DNA of 64,000 nt from Azolla caroliniana (lineage: Eukaryota; Plantae; Polypodiophyta), in the NCBI GenBank assembly GCA_043228905.1, contig JBHGNT010000009.1:9982001-10046000 (forward strand). The letters run 5' to 3'. The position numbers and the translations under genes are program-made. Below are positions 22,760 to 36,452 of the stretch, piece after piece; positions within the stretch are counted from its first letter, which is position 1, and every line of letters begins with the position of its first letter. The notes under the pieces are model-generated. The model searched no databases. It worked only from the letters and a program-made list of their open reading frames with translations, and was not told the origin of the DNA.

Positions 22760-25700
22760 TCTTTCGGAGTAAGGATTTTGGTGGTCATCCTCACATTTTT
22801 GTGAGAATGGCGTAGTCACCATCCTTTTTCAACAAAAAATGTTTTTGTTGTTATCCCCGTTGGTCACCTCGATTTTGTAATATATAACAATGAAACAAGC
22901 ATAGCCACAATGATGTTGTGAGCATTAGGGCTTGATCCACTTCATGTGAGGTTGCTCCTATGACACACTCATCCAACATCCCTCCCTCATTAAATGGTTA
23001 CGATACCACCATGAGATCATCATTACTGAAGGCATTCGTAATGACGTAACCATGTGATGGGCCACGTGGGCCTACTACAAAAAGAGGGCTCTTGTGGCTT
23101 GACAATTAGGTTGCACTTTGGGGTATATCATTGTAATGATCAGACTGGAGGTTGGGTAACATACCAACATAGTTTTCTTGTTAACAAGGGGGAAATAAGG
23201 TCTCTAGACATATATGTTTTGTTTTAGAAAACATATATGAGTACATGCCTTCGCATATCTCTCATACACATAAATATTAAATATTTAAAAGAAGCAAACC
23301 ATTTGGTTAGCTCGAGTGTTTAATCTATTTGTTTTCGAGGTCCCGAGTTCAAATATGACCATACAACATTATCGATACATACGACTATAAAACATGTTTG
23401 GACTATAGGTCTAAGTGCACTTCAGGGTCCTCGTAATAGGACTTGAGCCGAAATCATATGGGTGGGCACAGAGACATAGTTTATTGTTAACATTTTTTCG
23501 TGTATAAACTATTCATGATGCGAGCATACATGGTTGAGCCTTGGGGAGCCACCGTGAAAAAATTGATATAGAGATCAGGGAAAAACATTCATTTGTCACC
23601 CCCATGGTTTTTAAAACACCTTTGTGTTACCATAGTAACCTGATCTTGAACCTCATCTCATACGTCTAGAGGGGTATTGACATGAGATCATGATATTGAT
23701 TCATGTTTGCCCATGACATGTTTACATTGCAGCATTATGTTATGACTATTTGTCTGACCTTATCTTATTTCTTCGCTAGAAATTATCATTCAATGGCTCA
23801 TAATAACAACCCGATGGCATCCGCCCAAGCAGAAGGAATTCAAGGAAATTGTTGAACGAGCAAGCTCAACGTGGGCCGGATCAGATGAATAAGTCAAGAG
23901 CCTGATCGGGTGAAGACCGATCGCCTAGGTCTAGATCGGATGAAAGAGCCGGATCAGAGAACCAGATCCACCCGTGAGCCGCCAAGCCATTAGAGGCCTA
24001 CACTCCTAGCCTACTAGGTAGTTATATTCCTAGGAGTTAGTGTCAGTGGCTCAGTTATAAGCATTGAAGTACTTGTCAGTACTTCTAACCGTCCTTTTAT
24101 GGACTTGTATAAAAGTGCTCACTGAGCACATATGTTCGTACAGTGTTATTGTGAAATTGAGTTTTTTGTGTTCTACTCTCCCTGTCATTCCCTCGTACTA
24201 TGTTCTCTGTCCATTGATTTTCGGTGTTTTTTGTTGTTGTTCAGGAGAGGCGGTTGTGTCTATTCAAGCTTCTGCATCGTAATCTTTATACAAATCTTCC
24301 TGGGCCAATCCCCATTGAGTCATATTTTTTACAAATACAAAATTTCCTTAATTCTACTTTGCACGAGTTTTCTGAACTTCGGCAATCTCATAATGCTCTT
24401 GAGGCACATGTCATTAGTATACAATGTGATACTAATAGACCAGATGAGCATAAAGGTGAACCATCACTTGTCGTAAAGCCATTTACGAGAGAAAAAAAGG
24501 AAAGAATTGAAGAAGCAATCTACACGTGGTTGGGTCGATGGGAGTTTCATTTTGAGTTGTCCCAAGCCAGATAGTACGAAGATTGCATATGTCAGTCGAG
24601 AACTAGGGGATAAGGCCACCACCTAGTGGCATAGGCTCCGCACTACGGGAAAATTGCTTGATACTTGGACAGACTTTGTCACAGTTTTCAAGGGTCAATT
24701 TTTGCAACCTTCATCTCAAACCGAGGTAGCACAAGCTTTAATAAACCCCTCTAGCCGGAACTTTTCCTCGCTAGAAGATTATGTTCACCATTCTATAACC
24801 CAAATCCAAAAATCAGGTCTAGAAGGGAACAATTGGTTGATAGCTTATTTTGTCAATGGCATCCCCAAGTCGGACTATCATCGAATAGAGCATGATAAGG
24901 ATCCAAAATCCTTTGAAGAGGCTGTTGAAATAGTTCTTTGTTATCAACGAATTTCAAAGGACCATAACAAACCCGAAGCGCCCAGGACTAAGCAGTCGTG
25001 ATTTTCCGGAAAACACAAGACACCCAACGAATTCATGGATCGCAATTTGTTGATGAGTTATTTTGTTTTTATGGGTTACCAATGATATCGTGAGTGATCG
25101 AGACCAAAGTTTACGAGCGACTTTTGGACACAAGTCTTTAAGAAGTTAGAAACTATGTACATTGAGAATAAGCTCTATGGATCATTCTCAATCTGATGGA
25201 CAAACAGAACGTCGAGTAAATCAAATTATTGAGGACATGCTTCAAGCATAGGTTGGTGCAAAGCCAACAAAATGGGAACGTTATCACCCAATTTTGGAGT
25301 TACCGACTAATGTATGGTTTTCAGCCATGAGCCCCGATTGATGTTAATATACATCATGATGAGTTGCGAAGTACACAAAACTTTCTTCGGGATATGCAAG
25401 ATATGTTGCATATTGCACGGATTAATATAAAAACAGCTCAAGATAGAGCGTGTTTTTATGCCGATCATAATAGGCAACCTCATGTATTCAACCCTGGACA
25501 AAAGGAATTTTTACGTGTACCTCACAATTCTAAGACATTGTCTACAGGTAAGTGCACTAAGTTAGCCCCACGGTTTTGTGGACCTTTTACAGTCCTCGAA
25601 CGCATTGGTTCATCAGTGTATCGTCTCGCTCATCGTGATGGCGTTGAAATCCATCCAGTTTTTCATGTAAGTCATCTAAAAAACTTCTTGGTTCTGGCGA

Positions 25701-26303
25701 CAATACAGTGACAACTAAAACTTTGGTTACCTCTAAAGAATTATCTTCTAAACTACATGTATCAAAAAGAATTCTCAATGTTAAAACGAAAAAATTGCAT
25801 TCTAAAATAATCTGAGACCATATGTCCCAGAGAGTATTGTATTCTAAAATAATCCAAGTATGTTACAAGCATGACCATATATGCCCCAAGGAGTATTGTA
25901 TTGTAGTATTCTCGATAAATTGTGAGGGTTAAACGAGACTGTAAAGAAGGGAAATATTACTTTCAATCCTTGGTATTGAGGCAACCTATTAAGGTCGGGT
26001 GGACTTGCTTGGGGGCCTTAGGTGTAGCTATAAATATGAGGCCTAGCTACCCTCATTAGAGATCATCAACAACATCAAGACTCTGTCATCGTGGTGATCA
26101 ACTCTTGAAGCGAGCGCGCCAATACCAAGTACGACTCGATGCCACGGCAGTGGTATGAGACGCCGATCAAGGCTCGAGTCCGTCTCAATCCCTTCGCTCG
26201 GGGATGGTCGGTTAGATCGGCACCCTTCTTTCTCTCTCTCCTTTCTTTTCTATCTATCTATTATATCCTTATTATACGCTTACATTAAGATCTAGCTCTA
26301 ACA
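22760..26303 (+). mobile_element. Internally deleted Ty3/gypsy element (leader, gag, integrase/SH3 remnant, 3' LTR), same family as 19820-22425
   Basis: Gag-like 24224-25001 (TWTDFVTVFKGQFL); integrase remnants (HSQSDGQTER; KLAPRFCGPFTVLERIG...IHPVFHVSHLK 25364-25711); LTR 25861-26303 (TGTTAC...TAACA). No RT seen. Confidence 0.82.
23850..24292 (+). mobile_element. Solo LTR of the copia element A family
   Basis: Aligns with 12-442; interrupts the gypsy leader, whose homology resumes on the other side; approximate TSD GAAAT/CAAAT. Confidence 0.85.
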
Positions 26304-27310
26304 AACTACCTACTGAATTCATAGTCAAGAGGCAACCCAACAAATTGAAACATCTTAGTAGCCCAAGGAATAAAAAGCATAACCAAGAGAGTGAAACTGG
26401 AATAATTCACTTTAATTTCTCTTTTTTGCACTATGTTGGATCATTTCAACACTTACAAGTTGCAACAATACTGAGGCAAAGAAAACATAACTTCTAGTAC
26501 AAATAAATAGATATTACTAGATTTCCAAAAGATGTTCACTTTACAAACTCTGTGAACCCTACAGAACTTACTCCAGAAATACAAGACTGCAAAAAAAATA
26601 ACAGGTCATTTGAGTTCCCTTTGATTTGCAGCAACTTGTCATTTGAATCTGGATTTAGTAACATTAGTTATATCATGCAGATAGATTTCGACAATTTAAA
26701 ACTCACAGATAGATGCAACCATTATATTATTGAGGCAAAATTAAAAAATTTTGACATACAAAAGGCAACTCAACCCAAACAGAATAAAATGTTTGAGAAC
26801 GACTAAATTCCTTTTTTCTTTCCACGTTAACACATGAGACTCATAAAAACGTTGTCAAATTTTCAAAACTTGTGCATGCACATGATTCTATTAAAAAAAC
26901 GAATAGCCAAGAATAAATGACATGATGCACTGCTCTGACAGTGAAAATGAATTATCCCTAACGATTCCATCACTCCCTCCGTAAATACCACTCAGTCCAA
27001 TGAGCATAATCAATAGATTGGACACGTCCGCATATATATGTACATGTCTCTCAAAAGTAAAGCAAGGATGGAAACACTCCCAGTGCCCTAATTAACTATC
27101 ATGGTTTCCATTTTTGCTTGTTAAAAGGATAACTGGATATTGCATGCCTGAATAATCACGACAGTGGAATCTTCTCTCAATAATGCTACAGCTGAATAAA
27201 CTTGTGAATTTTACAATGTAGTCATTTGCAAATATGACTTAAATGCATTGAAGCCAGTCTACTCAATCCACTTCAAATGATTTGTCCTATTCCATTTTGC
27301 AAATCACTCC

Positions 27311-30300
27311 CTACGAATTTGGCCTCCACTTCGATGTTGAGCCTCTGTGTCTTGCCATAACTTGAACCTTCGACTGATTTGCTGCATACATTACAATTTT
27401 AGGTTAACACAATGAAAGTTAAACTATGAACACAGAATTTAGGCTGGCAAAAAACAATGACTCTCCTGCATCTATCGTATCTAGTACTCACCTGTTACAC
27501 TAAGCATTAATCCACCACGCATTCGTGTCCCATGGCCAGTGTACAAAGTATTCCGTGCATCTACATTTGATGCTAAGGATGCAGGAATGCCTATAGCTGG
27601 TTGAGGTGACAAAGCCTGATCTCGTGCATTTACACCATAGTTATGACTCGATCTTGGCCGTGATTCATGAGATGAGTGCATTCGATTATGGTGAGCAGCA
27701 CTCTCAAAGGTTACAGAATCTAGAAAAAAAAATATCGAAAGATAGTCATATTTTCCATATCTAGTACTTTCTTGCGTCTTAAAATTATCAAATTACCTGC
27801 AGCAACAGATGAATACTTCTCCTCTCCAAACCTATTCCGGCAATAATCACGGCGATGCCCCCAGTCACCAAATTTTGCATGAGAAATGCGACGATCTTTT
27901 TGGAAAGAAGGTGAGGAAGATCGGTGTAATGTCTTTGAACTTCCATATGCAACCAACCGAGGGGGTAAAGGTGGTGGTGATGGAAGGCGTGCATACCGTG
28001 TTTGAGAGCCTAGCGATCCATGTTGAAATTGAGCTTGGGTCCTATTATTCATGCCACGCGTAGTAAATGACTGAGAAGTGTGTGCTACCATGAAGTCTGT
28101 GGGAGATGAACCATATGCATAATCCTTGTTAAGTCCTTGATCATCCCTTGCACATTGATTCTGCATGGAATAATGATGTGGATAACATTGTTCATAACTA
28201 TTCTCATCACCAGTTTCCCCAGGCATCTTATGAGCTCCTACTGTTGAAACACTAGTCTGATGTTCCCTCGGATGATTTGAGCCTCCAAAAGATGAGGATC
28301 CATACGACAGCATATATGATGATAAAAGAAAAGCACCAGGAGGGGGAGAACCAGGGGGAGGTGGTGGAGGAGACGATGGGGGCGGTGGTGGTGGAGATTC
28401 AGGTAATGGTGGAGGTGATGGAGGTGACCAATCTGGAGGTGGTGGCAGAGGTGGAAGTGGTGGTAGTGGTAGAGATGTGTCCTCTGTAAAGGGCAATGAT
28501 TGATGTCCTTGTCGTATGCAGTCTTGTATGCTTCCCTCAGGAGATGCATCCTCCATCTCTAGTTCTCCTTCTACGTCTTCCAATATGTGTCGGTGTTTCT
28601 CTGATGGCAGTGTATATGCCTGTGTAGCCTCTTCTTCTGTGGCATCAGGACAACGATGTATGGAATCTTCACCTGACTTTGCATGACTTGGGGACACTTC
28701 TTCCTCCTCATCATCAAACATCCGAGATGTGAGTAATCCAGTCAGACCAAATGTTGCATTGCTGAAATATCCATTTACCAGCATTAATCCTATTTTAAAG
28801 CTCAAAAGTAACTTTACTGAAGCAAATTTATCCGGATAAAAATCATTACTAACCTTCCATATTCATCCACATACATTCCTTCCATTTCCCTGATTGGATC
28901 ATCTACAGCACGTTCAAACCTCTTAAGTGGAACTCCTACCAATTTCTCATCATTGTGTGATTCCAGCTCATTTATAAAGCTCCTCACAACTTCTTCTGGC
29001 ATAACATTCCGAGATCTCCACAATTTCAATACCTGCAAACACATAATGCACACTCATTATTAGTGATTCACATAATAAACTGAATCATAAATGTGACTAA
29101 TCTTATTCACATACGAAACTAAATCATACATTTGTCTAACATCGGCTATTTGTTTTTTGCAATCTAAAATTCACAGTTTCCTAAGCAAAAGCGGTCATTA
29201 GCATTATGAATGCAGAATCTACACAATATTCTTTCTTTATTTTAATGAGTTATTTGTCTCTATAAACTGATTTACTTTTTAACATAAAAACTCATCCTAG
29301 CCCTGCTCATTCATTTAAATTTGACTGGGTAATGTTTCCTATCAAATAATTACCCCACCATTTCCATTAAGGAAATGGTACTGTTTACATACGTACATAC
29401 ATTTTCCATACAGCACCCCTGGTTTGGACCCTGAAAACTTCAGAAAACACAAGTAATTTTATAACTTACTATAACAGATACAAATTTACAGCATTCCAAC
29501 TCTGTAATTCACATATGTGCTATCTTTACCATTAGTAAATAAAGAAAGACATGGTATACAATATTGATTTATTAAAAGACAATCAATGATATTCATGAAG
29601 ACTCCTAATGTTTTTTTACCGAAGCTATCTGCAGGTTATGTCTAAGCTTGATGCACACTATAGATTGCATGGTCAATAAAGCACAACCTAATCACAGTCC
29701 TAAACCTATCTTGGTTATTTGGAATCATTGAGTAATCAAAAAAACTAGAAAATTTTCATCACTCTTCAAACAGACGAGTTCCAAACCTTTGTGCCACATT
29801 AATCTAATATGGAAGATTTTAAGGAAAAGTGCACCACGCACTTCTTTCAGCTTACCCACTTTAAGTACTTCTCACTCTTCACCAGACAAGCAAAACCTTT
29901 GCCAAACAATAATCTAATATGGAAGATATTATGGGAAAGTGCAGCACACACTAACACTTTGAGGTTGACATTGTCACAAGATAAGTTTTTGCTCCTGTCT
30001 TTACAGCTTACCCAATTAAGGGCTTCTCACTTGCACCTTGTATCAAACTTCTAGGGCAGTTCAAAACTTACTCTCAAGCATTGCCGACGATTGTCCCGAC
30101 ACACATTTCCAGGTGGTGCAGCTGCATGTACTAATCGCGGCAATGCTGCCTGTACAGCTGGTGGATATGCTGCCCCTGTAACGCCTATACAAACATAGAC
30201 AATGTTAATCTATCCAGACAAAATATAAATTAGAATTGCAATCAAATGAATGAAATGCTATTTAAGGCCTTTGAAACTAAAAACTAATGCAATCAATTGA

Positions 30301-33300
30301 ATGAAATGTAAGGTCTTTGAAACTAAAAACCAAAAACGGATGCAAGGTAAATGAGATCTGATACAGTTTTTGAAAATAAGAAATACACCTGGTGTGCTGG
30401 CAGAGAGCTGGGTAATAGAATCAACAAGGAAGAATAAATCAATTCGGCGGTGAAAGTTTGGTTCATTCTCTAACCTTTGCAAAATAATCTCCATAACCTG
30501 GTAAGAGTACAGTGCTCACATTTATACAGACATCTACAATTCAAACATCTGAATAATACAGTATATATATGGGGGTTACTTCTCATATGTTTTTGTATTT
30601 TTTTGTGAGTCGCTCTGTCCAGCAGCCTTGCTATGATTTAACTTTTGATGTACACCATACAGATACTCATATATACTAGCATGTCATTGCCATAATACAA
30701 GACTGCTCCCTAAAACTTTAAACATTACATAAATTGATAGTAAACAAGATTCCAATCATTCTTTCATATTATGAAATATTCTGGTAACGTGCATCTGCAT
30801 TGACACTCTTTTGTATTCTCATTCCAAAGCTATCCCTTGAGCATAAGTCTGATTTAAGCAACCAATTCACACTTGCAAAGTGGCTTGGCACCAAGTAGAA
30901 AGAAATTTGATAGACATACAGAGTGTGCTTGTGCATCTTCGTTGACAACCTTTTTATAATCATGCCTTAAGTTAGCCTGGGAGCATTATTCAGTCATTTA
31001 AGCAATCAATTCACACTTGCAAAGCAGCTTGGCACCAAATACAAAGAAAATTGATAAGACATAAAAGAGGGTTATGATGCTGAATCCCTGTTATATTCAC
31101 AAATCTCAACTTTTGAACAAGTGTGATAATTATTCACAAGACTCCACATGCTCAAAGCATAAAGTAGGTAGAAGACTCTATTAGTAAGTACACATGCAGG
31201 GCTTTGTCCTTTATATTATTTATCTTACAACCAGTAACATCATTTATAAACTCGCATGTTAAATCCTAAACATGTATGCTAATTGTTTGCATGAATCTAT
31301 TTGGATAGACAGAAACCCCCTTGCCCATGTGAAAGTACTTAATAAGTTTATTTATGGCATGTACAAGTGCAAAGATGGAGACTATAATGCATTTAAAGTT
31401 GAAAAATAAAAACTATCTGTATTGTAGTCAATCTATGTGTCTAAACTTTTTACAAAGAGTTTACCATAATTAATGAACATGAAGCAAAATTATACAAATA
31501 AATAAACACAGCATGAGCACATCATCAGGCTGAACTATCTGCATTGTCGTTTATCTATATATCTAAATTTTTAAAAGGAGTTTACCATCATTAGTAAATA
31601 TGAGGCAAAATGAAATGAATAAATAAACACAGCATGAGCACATGGTTAGACAACCATTTGTCACCAGGAGGTATATTTTTTGTTTTTTTATGATATTATT
31701 TGGCAGCTCCTTTGTCCTTTTACTTGCTCCTCTGAATCTTTTAAAATCGGACAAAACAGCATTACTTGGCCAGTAAGAAACAGCTGAGGTCCAATGATCC
31801 CTAGACCTAAGGTGCCAAAACCACGGGTCTCTGGGCCAGAATGTGCTCATCCAGATGTGTATATCAAACTGTAAAGGAGTGCCTTCTAAAGTCATATTAG
31901 GTTTGGCCCAATATGTTGCCTAAAAGTTATAAGGGAGTGCATTAAGTGAATAGGGTAAGCTAAGTCATTAAGAAGTGAAACTTGGCTATATGTCCAAGAG
32001 TTTTCTTATTTAAACAAACATTTTCATCTGTTGACATTGAAATACATCTTTAGATTTAATGAAGAGTCATTTAGAGTGTTGATTTTTGCAGGTTTAATAG
32101 TTGATTTGCTCTTTATCCTAGTAGAAGATGTATTCTAAGTGGAGAGTACATTGGAGTATCTGTACGCAGATTTTACTAGTTGAAATGGACTATTAGTTAT
32201 GTTTTTAGGGTTTGGGCTCTAGTTTATTGTAAACCCTTCTCTAAATTACCATAAAGAAACACCAAAATGTGAGCCAGTCTTTGTGGCAATCTAGCTTCTC
32301 GAACATGAGATTAAGTTGTAGACAGTCCAGAATCCTAAAGATGTGTTTCTTTGTTCATACAAGTTTTTCTGGTGGTAAAATATGAGCTAAATTTAGGTGA
32401 ATCAATTGATGTTTCATTATCTCAAACAATATATCTCTCTTCAAAGTTAGAATTATACCTCTAATTTTTATTTTATTCTTACTTAATTAAGTATATGAAC
32501 CATTCATTGTCACAGAAAACAAAAATAAAATCATGATTAGCATACCTGCTCTGCAATTCCAAACTTTGCACAATCAAGTGCGTGACGAGTGGCTCGTGCT
32601 ATACTCTCTTTAGTTCGTGATAATGACTCAAGTAAGCCTACAAACGTATCTCGAGCTACTGATACTTCAGTATCGCCTCCAAGAATTGCCTCTCTCGAAC
32701 TTAAATTTTGCCCAGGGCTGGCCCTCACTTCATCACCAGAAATTCCAGGAGTTTCTAATACACTTGCAACTGTAGCTCTGGGTGTATGTACCATCCCCAC
32801 AGAATCTTGAGCATAGCTAATAGTTCGAGTATGAACAGGAGAATTCAACAAGGAATTGCTGGCAGGGAATGGACTGTGTATATAGTTAGCTGGCAGATTA
32901 GCCACCTCTGAAATCTTTGAAATGGTAAAACTTGTTGCTGCTCGTTTTTGTAGAGCCTCTTTGACCTTCTGTTGGGCCTCCTTGGCAGCTTCAACTCTGA
33001 AACATGATAAATACTTAAGATAAGGGAATTTCAAAACACCCGACTTATTGGGTATTTACCAGAATATCACTCTATATTATAAAGTGTTATACTGCAAAAG
33101 GGTATTCTGGTGTTTTAAACTAGAACGAACCAGAGTTGTACTTACGCCTCTCTCACTTTGTTAGAGTTGGATGACTCTGTCAGCAACTTAGAAGCCCCAA
33201 TACCCTCAACTCGGCCTCTCACAATTGCACTGGTGCTTTTCATAATCTCTTTTAGGCCTGGTTTGAGCTCCTTTGGAATACCTGAAACCTTAGCATGATT

Positions 33301-36300
33301 CACTCCTCCCTGTTTAAAATGCTGATCCTGATGCTTTGATGCAATATCAGGAGGCTTAGTTGCAGTATCCTGATGCTGTTCATGGTGATTTCCATGTCTA
33401 GCATGTTGCTCTAGATGCCGGTCCTGCTGTTTATCGTATTTGGCACGTTGCTCTAGATGCTTATCTTGTTGTCTGCCATGTTTTCCATGTTGTTCTTCAT
33501 GTTTTTCCACGTTTTCATGTGACATTATATCAATATGCCCATCAGAATCAGGGATATTTTTTGTTGTTTTAAGCTTGTGTTTCAAATCCAACCTTTCCGT
33601 GCCAACTTTTGATACATCTCCTGCCTTATTTTGATTGTCATGCTTTGATTGTTTGGATTTCCCAAATTCGGAAATTTGAATTGACTGCAAAGGCAAGTCA
33701 TTATCCTTCATATGATTTAAAACCCCTGCACTGGCATTTGATCCGAATTCAAAACCTGCAATGGCGCTTTTATGATCAGAAGATAAGCTGCCTCCAATCT
33801 TGTTTATTTCCTTACCTGATTGTGATGCGTCGGCCTTTTGATGACCTGACAGGATAGGTTGCGTGACAGTATCTGAGTTTTGGTTTTTGGTTTGTGGGCT
33901 GGGTTCAGTTGGCATTATTGTTTCCTCAACCTTTATTTTGCTACTCTTTCCCACATGAAGGCTGGACTGAGCATCTACTATATCCTGATGTGCCTCCACT
34001 TTAACATTAGTGCCAAGTTTATCAATCTCTGCCGCCTCAGCAGCACACGCAGACATTGCTTCAAGAGCACGCTGTCTCCGTTTCAATGGAGGGAGAGCAG
34101 CCTCCCCGTGAGCAATACTACTCCTAATTCGATATTTATCTGCTTTTGGAGGTAGAACCGTATCTCTATCAGCAATGAACCTAGATTTGGTAACCTGCTC
34201 AACATGATTGGAAAGTGTAACTCCATTGTGATCATCAGAAATGAAATGCACTTCAGTTTTTAACTCAGATTGGTTGGAAGTGTTGCTTTGGATATGGGCC
34301 TCACCCCTCTCCACAACAGAAACATGTTTATTCTCATCAACTCTGTGTATCAATTCCCTTGTTAGAAGATTCTCAGGAGTTTTCGCCTTGAGAAGTTCTT
34401 GCTGATGCTTAGCTTTGACTGATTTCATATCACATTCATCTGACGTTTTTTGTCGTTTATAAATATTGATTGGAGAGTTTTCCCTGCTTTGATCTAAATC
34501 AGTCGCAGTTTGTTCTCTCTGCTTGATTACAGAAACAACATTCTGCTCCGTATTATTCCAAGAAATAATAAAATTAAGTGGAAAAGAAAGCCTCATAGAG
34601 CATTTGAAAATAATAATCAATAACTAAACCATGGTATATTAATCAAACATCAAATGTAAAAATACACTGAGTGAACAGGCAACCATACCTGAAACTCTGA
34701 TTCTGCTTTAATAAGATCTGACGCCCTCTTCCTACATTTATACTCAGTCACTTGTTCAATATGTTCTAGAGGAGGTGAATATGTTGAATTTAATTGCTTG
34801 CCAGAGTCAGCACTTGTAACTCCTCGCTCAATCTTCCTCGAAGCTCTTCTTTTTTTCTTAGGCGGTAACGTTTGTTGTAATTCCTCAGCTGCTTTAACAT
34901 TGTCGGTGTCAACCCCAATATCCTCGTGCATAGAATGATGTAACAATATTTCCACAGTTTGACTTGTATGCCTATTTACAACATCACCACGTGCTCCATG
35001 TGAACAGTCCACATGAGCCATATCCACAGACTTTTCGGCATGTTTTCTCTGGAACACATTACGTTTATCATCATCTAATAAAGTATTTTTATTATCCTTG
35101 TCTACCCCAACATTGTCACTGCATTCAGCTAAACGATTAGATTTGTTAGAAACTGAAATTGACATTCCATCCCGGATCCATGATTTAGACATGCAGTCAG
35201 CTTGAACTTGATCATCTGGCTTAGAGACCTCGTGGCTATAATTAGATTCTCTTCTTGGAGATAAGGTATTACCAGCATTTAAATCTGAATCTTCATCTGA
35301 TACAATGATTTTTCTTCGTTTTTTCTGAATTTCATGAGCAATGTTGTTTCGAACTCCAACTGATTTCTCAGTTCCAGCTATAGAACCATTCTCAAGGTTA
35401 TCAATCTGATGGTTCTGTAACTTTTTAGGTGATATATTTAAGGTACCGCCTCTTTTGCATTCCGCCCTAGCTGATGCACTATCGGCCTCACATTTGTTTC
35501 TGTCTATGATTTCAAAGTCTGTATTCGTCTCTTCCCCTGTTTCTTCTGGAGAATCATCACTAGTAAAAGAAGTTAATCCTTCATCTGCGACACAAATTTC
35601 TTTGACAGCTCGAGCAAAATCTGACACTGAGCTCTTTTTTCCTTTGATTTTTGCAAGAAGACTTTTCTTTGCTTCTAGGGTAAAACTCTTCACATATGCT
35701 GGTTGAACAAATCCTCTGAAAGGAGTATGAGAATGGATATTAATTATTCCCAATTGGCACAAATCTATAGATGCAACAATTACAAAAGGAAAGAAAGACA
35801 AATGGCAATATGGCTCACATTTGCTGAGTTCCGAAAAAATGAACAAATAATTTCCTGAGATCCTTGGAGAAGCCAAACTCTTCTGGTTCACTAATCTGCA
35901 TGCAAAATTTAAAAAATATTCACACAATGCAATTGTTAGAAGGTTACGCTGCATACACATATCTATGGAGAACATTTTTTTTATTAGAACTCTGCGTAGG
36001 TAGTGACTCTTCCAGCCTTATTTTTTCTTGACTCCATTAATTATTAATTACTTGTAAATTGATAGTAAATTGATAGTTATTGTTAGGATTTCTAATCATG
36101 GCACTGCCACTAGTTTTTCTTTAGTACAACAAAATTAGATATAGATCAAATGACATACCCTTGCAAAGAAATTATAGATAGATAGACATATCATAAATCA
36201 AATAAACTACCATGGAAAAGCATTTAATCATTGATGAAATGAACTACCTTGTCAAAGAAATTAGATATACAGACGATATATCAAATTACCAAACTTGGCA

Positions 36301-36452
36301 AAGCAATTAGACATATAGACCAGATGACTTACCTTGGCCGGCCACCATGGGTGCCCTTTGACTTTGGCAAGGACTAGATCCCCTCTGTTCCAATCAAGCT
36401 TTGACGGCTCGGTGACAGCAACCTTACAGCCTTTCTTCCTTCCCGGAGCCAT
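27311..36452 (-). CDS. HUA2: HUA2 / HUA2-like (HULK) protein: PWWP (Tudor) domain, CID/RPR domain, proline-rich C-terminus; ~1578 aa
   Basis: Predicted coding exons (minus): 36452-36333, 35895-35819, 35715-34689, 34542-33146, 32996-32546, 30497-30389, 30184-30072, 29032-28854, 28761-27797, 27719-27492, 27381-27311. All introns are GT-AG, phases are consistent and the total is 4737 nt. Motifs: MAPGRKK...DLVLAKVKGHPWWPAK-ISEPE...FVHFFGTQQIGFV; LSRTKESIARATRHALDCAKFG; RRIDLFFLVDSITQ; RAVDDPIREMEGMYVDEYGSNATF; poly-Pro; C-terminal WRP. The exon 4 acceptor is the least certain. Confidence 0.92.
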
